A DNA stretch of 13,134 bases from a virus. Below, one piece after another: positions 1 through 5,662 of this stretch. How positions within the stretch are numbered: the stretch's first letter is position 1; each line of letters begins with the position of its first letter. The stretch spans positions 1 through 13,134 of IMG/VR virus record IMGVR_UViG_3300045988_132438; one strand, written 5' to 3'. Position numbers and translations under genes: made by a program. The notes under the pieces were generated by a model. That model saw nothing but the letters and a program-made list of their open reading frames with translations. It did no database searches and was not told the DNA's origin.

Positions 1-110
1 CAATATCACACAAAGTCTGTCACTTATCCTGTTGACATATTAGTTCATTTGGACTATAATAAACTCAACAAATCAATACAGCACAGCCAACTGGCAGGAG
101 GGAATATGAT
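1..110. repeat. Left inverted terminal repeat (ITR-L), 110 bp
   Basis: Bases 1-110 are the exact reverse complement of 13025-13134, compared by eye base by base. Identity ends at position 111 (a on the left, g in the right copy). The window starts and ends exactly on the repeat. Confidence 0.97.
32..60 (+). promoter_or_regulatory. Consensus sigma-A/sigma-70 type early promoter inside ITR-L, directed inward
   Basis: TTGACA at 32-37, a 17-nt spacer at 38-54, TATAAT at 55-60. The predicted TSS is near A67. AGGAGGG (96-102) follows, then start codons at 106 and 111. Confidence 0.8.
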
Positions 111-203
111 ATGAAAAGAGGAATGATCTTAAACGGACGTCATAGAGTATATGTTGGAAAAGAGATATTCAGTGATATCATGATTTTAAAGGAGGAACAG
201 TAA
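111..203 (+). CDS. Small early ORF, 30 aa (MKRGMILNGRHRVYVGKEIFSDIMILKEEQ), hypothetical
   Basis: Not in the ORF track (under 60 aa). ATG 111 lies 9 nt after the ITR-encoded AGGAGG. Its stop TAA 201-203 abuts ATG 204 of the next gene (TAAATG), which suggests translational coupling. Confidence 0.4.
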   Translation: MKRGMILNGRHRVYVGKEIFSDIMILKEEQ

Positions 204-638
204 ATGAAATCAAAATACACAAAAATTAAATATACGAACACCGGGGTAAAAGCCCCGGTAGTAACTCTTATGAAATCAAAATCAGATCTTGATAGAACAG
301 ACATGATAGAATTAAGATATTCAGACATAATCATAGTTATTTCAAGAATTTTACGAAAAACTATGTATAATAAAGCAGAATCAAGAATCGAAATACGAAG
401 AAAAAATAACACTCTTTGTGCACTAGTTAGAGTGAAAGATACTATCAATGATGCAAAAATAATGATTGAAAACTATTACATTTTTGCAAAACTTTATGTA
501 TATTTGAATGGAAAAAAATATATTAGTGACAAAGAGTATAGATACTATGAAGAATGGAATAAGATAGTGTGTGACAGGTTTAATCATAAACTATATGGTG
601 AAATAATGGGGGTACTCAAATATGCCAAAGAATCCTAA
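204..638 (+). CDS. Hypothetical early protein, 144 aa, Lys/Arg/Tyr-rich, encoded in a very AT-rich segment
   Basis: Track ORF with the strong RBS AAAGGAGG 6-7 nt upstream of ATG 204. I recognised no motif. It sits at the left-end early position upstream of the TP/polymerase pair. Confidence 0.7.
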   Translation: MKSKYTKIKYTNTGVKAPVVTLMKSKSDLDRTDMIELRYSDIIIVISRILRKTMYNKAESRIEIRRKNNTLCALVRVKDTINDAKIMIENYYIFAKLYVYLNGKKYISDKEYRYYEEWNKIVCDRFNHKLYGEIMGVLKYAKES

Positions 639-1242
639 AATCCCGACCACTTCTAAAGGTTTGAACGTCAATCCAAACATGCTGACTACCGCTGATGCTT
701 TACAACTTCGCAGACAGCTTGCAAAACGTCTGAATCAGCGTATGCGTAGATTAAAGGCAAAAGGATTTGATTCAGAAGTTGGAGGAGCGTATGCAGATTA
801 CCAAGACCTGCTTGCAAGATTTTTTCCAGGGAGATCAACCATTCCGGAAAATTTGGAAAATGAAAAGTATAAAGGGTTGCCAAGAACCCAAGTGAAAGCT
901 ATCCAGAAGATTCTGAAAGAAAAAAGTAGCACTGTGCAGGGTTGGAGAGAGATCATAGATCAACGTCAAAAAACACTCAGCACTGAATACGGAATCAATT
1001 TTAAGTCAAAAGAGGAAATGAAGTTGTTTTTTAAATCTGAGGTTTGGAAGTGGTTGCAGAAATTTTATGACAGCAAGCAAACTATGAGAATCATCAGTCA
1101 CAAACTGGATGATTCTACTGTTTCTGAGATCATAAAAGATCTGGAAAAATTCCGCGAGAGAACAGATCCGGATATGGCTGATACGATTGCAAAAGAACTT
1201 GGATTTTCCGGGGAGGCTGAGGCTTTGAAGTACAGACCATAG
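622..1242 (+). CDS. Terminal protein (replication primer) candidate, 206 aa
   Basis: It lies immediately upstream of the protein-primed PolB, as gene 3 precedes gene 2 in phi29. The basic N-terminus (MPKNPKIP..., QLAKRLNQRMRRLKAKGFD) loosely resembles the phi29 TP N-terminus (MARSPRIR..., AKIARTKKKYGVD). The assignment rests mainly on synteny and the presence of ITRs. Confidence 0.55.
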   Translation: MPKNPKIPTTSKGLNVNPNMLTTADALQLRRQLAKRLNQRMRRLKAKGFDSEVGGAYADYQDLLARFFPGRSTIPENLENEKYKGLPRTQVKAIQKILKEKSSTVQGWREIIDQRQKTLSTEYGINFKSKEEMKLFFKSEVWKWLQKFYDSKQTMRIISHKLDDSTVSEIIKDLEKFRERTDPDMADTIAKELGFSGEAEALKYRP

Positions 1243-1260
1243 CAGGGAGGAGACAAAGTA

Positions 1261-3384
1261 ATGATAGTAGCAGGATATCCGGTGGTCTATTTTAAAAACT
1301 ATGATTATATGCATTTATTTGATGGCAATTTTATACGGAGATCCAACGCAGGTCATTACCTTGGAGTATATGAAAAAATCATAACCGTAGACACAGAAAC
1401 CTTTGTATATCTTAACAAAAGCATTGGCTTTGTGACAGACTGGACAATCACCATAGAGAATGACTGCTGCATCTATGGTAATCATGTATCAGATCTGATA
1501 GACACGATAGACAGGATCTGTACCACATTACATGCTGATGACAGCCACCTTGTAAGATTTTTTGTTCACAATTTCCCTTATGATTATGTATTTTTAAGAA
1601 ATCATTTTTTCCAAAAATGGGGAAATCCGGACAAATCATTAGCTGCTAAAACTCATAAGTACATCTTTATGAAATGGACAGGACAGGGTATTGAGTTCCG
1701 GGACAGTCTTATCTTGACACAGAGATCATTAGAAAAGCTTTGTAAAGATATGGGCACCACTGAGAAAGCTGTCGGAACATGGGACTATAAGAAGTTTCGA
1801 ACGCCAGCAAGCCCACGTACGGCAAAAGAAATAGCATATGTCTGTACGGATACGATAAGCTTATGCAAAGCCCTACGCAAATACATAGATCAGAGAGGAT
1901 TTAACGTGGCGAACTGTCCGCTAACCAATACTGGTTTTATCCGAACCAATGCCCGCAGAAGATCAAGAAAAGACAAGAAATGGCGCAAGCAATTTGAGCA
2001 AATGGCATTAACACTTGAACAGTATGACCAGATGCTTGACTGCTATCATGGGGGGTATACCCATGCAAACAGATACTATATTAATCAATTGATAAAAGAA
2101 CCTGTTGAGTGCTATGACTTTGCAAGTTCTTATATTGCCTGGATGTGCTATTGCAAATTTCCTATGACGAACTTTTGTTATACAAATAGTATAACATTAA
2201 AAGACATTATGGACTTGAAAGAAGATTATGCTTTTTCCGGTTATATAAGATTAAAGAATCTGAGGTTGAAAAAAGACTGCCCTATGCCACCTCTTGCTTT
2301 TTCAAAAGCAAAAGTTTGTGTTTTCCCGGAAGCAAAAAGCAAAAAAGAACAGTTCCATGATAATTTGGACAATGGAAAGATTGTAAATGCAGATCTTGTC
2401 ATATATCCATTTACTGATCCGGATTTAGAAGTCATCCTGTCAAGTTATGATTATGAATGGGCGGACGTGTCAAAGGTCATGAGAGCGACAAAGGACTACT
2501 TGCCGGAGTGGTTCACAGGCTATTTGATGGAATTATTTTTTAAAAAATGCACCCTTAAAGGTTTGGATGAAGCAAACTATATGATCTCAAAAGGTGAGTT
2601 AAACGGCATGTACGGAATGACAGTACAGCGGATCATACAGATTATTTGTACTGAGTTGATGGAATCCGGAGAGTGGGAAGCAAAAGAACCAGAGGACAGG
2701 GAAAAAGAACTTGAAAAGTTCTATAAAAATAAAAACAGCTTCATGCCCTACCAGTGGGGAGTATTTATTACAGCTTATGCACAGGCTTATCTTTTCCGGT
2801 TGGGAGCCTGCTGCCGGAGGTGGCTATACTCTGATACGGACTCTGTTAAAGGCACAGACTGGGATCATGATAAACTGGATGCATTTAATCAGTCAATCGT
2901 TGATATGTCAAAAAAAAGAAACATCGGAGTAGTTGAGTATAAGGGCAAAACATTCCGTCTGGGTATCGCTGAGTTTGACGGAATATACAGTGAGTTTATA
3001 ACGATGGGTAGTAAGCGTTATTGCTACCGCTTAAAAAAAGATGCATCCTTGCATCTGACGGTCGCAGGAGTGCCAAAAGAGGGAATTTACTGTTTGGATG
3101 ATGACATAGCAAATTTCAGAAAAGGATTTATTTTCAGAAACGATTTGACATTCCGCAGGAACTACCGCAGGGTGAATGATTGGCAGGATCCTCATTGGAA
3201 AATGAAAACAGAGTATCTTTTTCATGACGGAATCAATGAACTGACCATTGACGGATGCAGGATTGAGTATGGCTGTGCTATCCGGTTGACCGATACAGAG
3301 TATGAATTGGATCATACGATTCCGTATGATAAAGAAACAGGATTGCCGTTGCCGTTTGAAATGGAATATACGGTATATGAATAG
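1261..3384 (+). CDS. Protein-primed family-B DNA polymerase (phi29 gp2-like), 707 aa
   Basis: RBS GGGAGGAG sits upstream of ATG 1261. Motifs read from the translation: ExoI D44-T-E46 (VDTET); ExoII N104-x3-D108 (HNFPYDYVF); ExoIII Y193-x3-D197 (YVCTD). Motif A is D286 (YDFASSY), motif B is K444-x3-N448-x2-Y451-G452 (KGELNGMYG), motif C is Y523-S-D-T-D-S528, and KxY is K585-R-Y587. About 70 aa separate motifs B and C, consistent with a TPR2-type insertion. Confidence 0.95.
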   Translation: MIVAGYPVVYFKNYDYMHLFDGNFIRRSNAGHYLGVYEKIITVDTETFVYLNKSIGFVTDWTITIENDCCIYGNHVSDLIDTIDRICTTLHADDSHLVRFFVHNFPYDYVFLRNHFFQKWGNPDKSLAAKTHKYIFMKWTGQGIEFRDSLILTQRSLEKLCKDMGTTEKAVGTWDYKKFRTPASPRTAKEIAYVCTDTISLCKALRKYIDQRGFNVANCPLTNTGFIRTNARRRSRKDKKWRKQFEQMALTLEQYDQMLDCYHGGYTHANRYYINQLIKEPVECYDFASSYIAWMCYCKFPMTNFCYTNSITLKDIMDLKEDYAFSGYIRLKNLRLKKDCPMPPLAFSKAKVCVFPEAKSKKEQFHDNLDNGKIVNADLVIYPFTDPDLEVILSSYDYEWADVSKVMRATKDYLPEWFTGYLMELFFKKCTLKGLDEANYMISKGELNGMYGMTVQRIIQIICTELMESGEWEAKEPEDREKELEKFYKNKNSFMPYQWGVFITAYAQAYLFRLGACCRRWLYSDTDSVKGTDWDHDKLDAFNQSIVDMSKKRNIGVVEYKGKTFRLGIAEFDGIYSEFITMGSKRYCYRLKKDASLHLTVAGVPKEGIYCLDDDIANFRKGFIFRNDLTFRRNYRRVNDWQDPHWKMKTEYLFHDGINELTIDGCRIEYGCAIRLTDTEYELDHTIPYDKETGLPLPFEMEYTVYE

Positions 3385-3386
3385 AA

Positions 3387-3438
3387 TTGTTATAAAATTG
3401 TAATACTTTTGTAACATAAATAAGTTAAACTGTATAAA
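3387..3438 (+). promoter_or_regulatory. Phased TTGTNA repeats and a weak candidate middle promoter downstream of the polymerase gene
   Basis: TTGTTA at 3387, TTGTAA at 3398 and TTGTAA at 3409 are spaced exactly 11 bp apart. The last one is followed by an 18-nt spacer and TATAAA (3433-3438). Confidence 0.25.
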
Positions 3439-3451
3439 GGAGGTATAACCT

Positions 3452-3565
3452 ATGAAAAAATTCTGGAAAGAAAACAAAGAAGATTTGAGTACTCTTTTCT
3501 GGACTTGCATTACTTTTGCCTGCATGTTTGCAAGCTGCCAAGTCTGGATGCTGTTAGGTGATTAA
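3452..3565 (+). CDS. Small hydrophobic protein, 37 aa (MKKFWKENKEDLSTLFWTCITFACMFASCQVWMLLGD), one predicted TM segment
   Basis: Not in the ORF track. The strong RBS AAAGGAGG (3437-3444) sits 7 nt before ATG 3452. It has a charged N-terminus followed by a hydrophobic stretch of about 22 residues. Confidence 0.5.
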   Translation: MKKFWKENKEDLSTLFWTCITFACMFASCQVWMLLGD

Positions 3566-3581
3566 GGAGGTGAGGAAAAAA

Positions 3582-3740
3582 TTGATTGACTTGTCTGAAA
3601 TTTATGAAATGCTTCGAACAAGCAGTCTGAGAAAAGTAAACTATGAGAATGAAGAAATCAGTGTAGTAGCTTACAAGGTAGGAGAAATCATTAGAATTGA
3701 TGTAAAGGAGGTAACAAAAGATGAATGTGTCCATGGATGA
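3582..3740 (+). CDS. Hypothetical small protein (about 52 aa from TTG 3582; start uncertain)
   Basis: The track ORF 3558-3740 begins at a GTG inside the preceding gene. AAGGAGGTGAGG (3564-3575) lies 6 nt upstream of TTG 3582. An alternative ATG at 3609 has no RBS. Confidence 0.4.
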   Translation: MIDLSEIYEMLRTSSLRKVNYENEEISVVAYKVGEIIRIDVKEVTKDECVHG

Positions 3741-3852
3741 TGCTTTTAAGGCACTTCACATTATTTCTCAAATCTGTACAGAAAACAAGGGTTGTAAATC
3801 ATGCCCATCTTATTGGAGTATAAAAGTACCTAAAATTAAATTATTTGATTAA
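3721..3852 (+). CDS. Small Cys-containing protein, 43 aa (MNVSMDDAFKALHIISQICTENKGCKSCPSYWSIKVPKIKLFD)
   Basis: Not in the ORF track. RBS AAGGAGG (3706-3712) lies 8 nt before ATG 3721, and the ORF overlaps the end of the previous ORF. Cysteines fall at positions 19, 25 and 28. Confidence 0.45.
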   Translation: MNVSMDDAFKALHIISQICTENKGCKSCPSYWSIKVPKIKLFD

Positions 3853-3870
3853 AAAAGGAGAAAAAATATC

Positions 3871-4170
3871 ATGTTAAAATCAAACGTAAAAATCACTTGC
3901 AAACCTTATAACGGTAGTTCAAAAACAAAAGCCTTTGTTGATCTGACTCTGGATGATACACTCATAATTAAAGGACTTACACTGCTTGAGGGGAAAAACG
4001 GGCTTTTCCTGTCATTCCCAAGTACAAAAGGAAAAGACGGAAAGTATTATGATTCCGTTTACTCTCTGGATAAAGAGTGGTTAAAACTTTTGCAGGATGC
4101 CTGCATCAAAAAATACAATGAATGCAACCAGACTTCACAGCCTGTATCCTCCGGGGGTGGATTCCGGTAA
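3871..4170 (+). CDS. SpoVG-family (nucleic-acid-binding) protein, 99 aa
   Basis: RBS AAAAGGAG. The segment KAFVDLTLDDTLIIKGLTLLEGKNGLFLSFPSTKGKDGKYYDSVYSLDKEWLKLLQDACIKKY aligns by eye with B. subtilis SpoVG as I recall it ([62 protein letters not shown]). Confidence 0.65.
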   Translation: MLKSNVKITCKPYNGSSKTKAFVDLTLDDTLIIKGLTLLEGKNGLFLSFPSTKGKDGKYYDSVYSLDKEWLKLLQDACIKKYNECNQTSQPVSSGGGFR

Positions 4171-5219
4171 TGAATATCTATGATAGAAATGGTTGGCTGG
4201 ATGTTCCAAGGATTGTCCAGCTTGCCGATAAAAATAAAATTAACTTTATCTTTATTATTGGGGCAAGACGAACCGGGAAAACGTATGGTATCTTCCAGCA
4301 CTTTATCAATGATGTCTTTTCGAAAAATGAGAAGATCATTTACATGAGACGCACAAAAGAGCAACTGACAAAAGTATTTCTTCCGGAGTTTGACCCCTGG
4401 CTGGACATAAACAAAAATATGAACAGGTTTTTTCACTTCGAAAAACCCAGAGGAGAATATGGTCGTATTAAGATTGTGGAGCAAACAGAGGAAGAGGAAG
4501 TATATAGAGGTGAGGCTTTTTGTCTAACTTCGATGCATAACAACCGTGGTTTCTCTGGATCTGATTTTTCTGAGGGAATTTATGATGAATTCATCCCAGA
4601 GAAGATAGCAAAAGCAATCAGTGGGGAAGATGATGCGTTTTTGAATGCTGTTGAAACAATCTCAGCAAACAGGGAATTGCAAGGAAAGAAACCGTTCCGC
4701 TGGTGGTTGGCTTCCAACTCCAATACGCTGGATAATCCGATTGTACAAGCTTTTGGTTTGCTTCCAATCCTTGAGCGAATGAAAAAAAATAAGCAGGAGT
4801 TTTCATTGCTAAAAGAAAGAGGAATCATTTTAGTTTTAATTAATGACTCTCCGATTTCAGAAAAAAAGAAAGACACTGCATTGTATCGTGCTTTATCGGG
4901 TAATACGGACTTTGCAAAGATGGCGCTTTCAAATGAGTTTGCATATGATGATGTATCGGCTATCCGATCAGAAGATATACGACAATACAAGCTTATTTGT
5001 GTCATTGGAAAAGTAGCAATTTATGAGCATAAATCAAAAGCCCATTTGTATGTGTCGGATCATATCTCTGGGTCTTGTAAGGATGTATTTGAAGACAACC
5101 AACATGGAAAAGACCAATTCAGATGCTTTTATAGTTGGATTGATAGCTATCGTCTGACAAATAGGATAAGTTATCAGAATATTTCAGTAAAATTTTATAT
5201 TGACAAATTATTCAAATAG
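4170..5219 (+). CDS. DNA packaging (encapsidation) ATPase, phi29 gp16-like, 349 aa
   Basis: Start ATG 4170 overlaps the upstream stop (TAATG). The track ORF's earlier start at 4122 lies inside the SpoVG-like gene. Walker A GARRTGKT is at 4260-4283. NFIFIIGARRTGKTYG...KIIYMRRTKEQLTKV parallels phi29 gp16 LNFVIGARGIGKSYA...QFIYVRRYKPELAKV. The Walker B-like IYDEFIPEK matches VFDEFIREK. Confidence 0.9.
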   Translation: MNIYDRNGWLDVPRIVQLADKNKINFIFIIGARRTGKTYGIFQHFINDVFSKNEKIIYMRRTKEQLTKVFLPEFDPWLDINKNMNRFFHFEKPRGEYGRIKIVEQTEEEEVYRGEAFCLTSMHNNRGFSGSDFSEGIYDEFIPEKIAKAISGEDDAFLNAVETISANRELQGKKPFRWWLASNSNTLDNPIVQAFGLLPILERMKKNKQEFSLLKERGIILVLINDSPISEKKKDTALYRALSGNTDFAKMALSNEFAYDDVSAIRSEDIRQYKLICVIGKVAIYEHKSKAHLYVSDHISGSCKDVFEDNQHGKDQFRCFYSWIDSYRLTNRISYQNISVKFYIDKLFK

Positions 5220-5228
5220 ACTTATATT
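5200..5228 (+). promoter_or_regulatory. Near-consensus promoter within the last codons of the ATPase gene
   Basis: TTGACA at 5200-5205, a 17-nt spacer at 5206-5222, TATATT at 5223-5228. The predicted TSS is about A5235/G5236. Confidence 0.6.
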
Positions 5229-5234
5229 TTAATT

Positions 5235-5313
5235 AGGTCAACGTGGCTACATCGACCGCCGGAAGCGGATGCCGTGGGGTGATTACCCGGAAGCGTTGAC
5301 CTATTTTAATTTT
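5235..5313 (+). ncRNA. Candidate structured small RNA (three-way junction); packaging RNA or late-leader attenuator
   Basis: A perfect 10-bp helix TAGGTCAACG (5234-5243) / CGTTGACCTA (5294-5303) encloses two hairpins. The first is an interrupted stem at 5245-5273 with a CGGAA loop. The second is GGGT 5277-5280 / ACCC 5285-5288 with a GATT loop. TTTTAATTTT (5304-5313) follows. The predicted promoter places the TSS at the first bases of the outer helix. No ORF with an RBS covers the element. Confidence 0.4.
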
Positions 5314-5337
5314 ACTTCCGGCAGAAAAGGAGAAAAA

Positions 5338-5649
5338 ATGAAAGTAGATCAGATTTTAGAACTTGGAAAACTTGGATTTACAAAAAATGAGATCATGGGG
5401 ATTCTGAACGCTCAGAGTATGTCCGGACTTGGACAGATTACAACTCCGGAACAGGGTACTACGCAGCAGACTACTCCTGGACAGGTTCCAACTCCGGGAC
5501 AGGATGCAACAAACACAGCGTTATTGACAGCAATCAATACTTTGACTGCTACCTTGCAGGCTGGGAACCTGTCAGCATCCGGAAAAGCTGGGTCAGCACC
5601 ACGTACCTCTGACAACGTAGCGGAAGATCTGATGAAACTCATGAATTAA
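5338..5649 (+). CDS. Scaffolding protein candidate, 103 aa
   Basis: RBS AAAAGGAG lies before ATG 5338. The track's earlier start at 5269 has no RBS and runs through the structured element. It is a small protein immediately upstream of the major capsid gene (phi29 gp7 position) with a low-complexity T/P/Q/G linker. Confidence 0.5.
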   Translation: MKVDQILELGKLGFTKNEIMGILNAQSMSGLGQITTPEQGTTQQTTPGQVPTPGQDATNTALLTAINTLTATLQAGNLSASGKAGSAPRTSDNVAEDLMKLMN

Positions 5650-5662
5650 GGAGGGTAAATAA

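Noticed and set aside
1-15. Looked for the short terminal reiteration needed for sliding-back or jumping-back initiation, such as TTT in phi29 or CATCAT in adenovirus.
   Set aside because: The end reads CAATATCACACAAAG. There is no reiteration of the first 2-3 nt, only internal CA repeats at 7-12. I cannot tell whether a few terminal nucleotides are missing from the assembly, so I make no claim.
18-37. Short inverted repeat TGTCA-N10-TGACA overlapping the -35 box of the ITR promoter, a possible operator.
   Set aside because: The arms are only 5 bp and half of the repeat is the -35 hexamer itself, so it cannot be distinguished from chance.
2711-2932. Alternative-frame same-strand ORFs inside genes: 2711-2932, 10363-10560, 10723-10911 and 12636-12866.
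   Set aside because: They are embedded in, or antisense to, genes with motif support. They have no RBS, and their translations look like frame-shifted noise.
3039-3056. Hairpin AGATGCA-TCCT-TGCATCT preceded by AAAAAAA. On the minus strand this would read as an intrinsic terminator inside the polymerase gene.
   Set aside because: It is only a 7-bp AT-leaning stem, and no minus-strand transcription is expected to reach this point. Chance occurrence within the coding sequence KKDASLHL is the likely explanation.
3031-3525. Long antisense ORFs in the track that overlap plus-strand genes: 140-448, 686-883, 1006-1314, 1448-1639, 2241-2435, 3031-3525, 3510-3734, 4059-4484, 4580-5005, 4618-4806, 5412-5642, 6418-6723, 8909-9361, 10111-10293, 10563-10925 and 12011-12226.
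   Set aside because: All lie opposite well-supported genes. I saw no convincing RBS for those I checked, the translations are low-complexity or hydrophobic, and no inward minus-strand promoter is predicted beyond the right operon, which ends at the terminator at 12302-12335.
5234-5303. Possible tRNA, given a roughly 70-nt element with paired ends.
   Set aside because: It has only two internal hairpins. It lacks a cloverleaf, a T-loop (TTCRANY) or D-loop signature and a 7-bp acceptor with a discriminator/CCA context. The outer helix is 10 bp.
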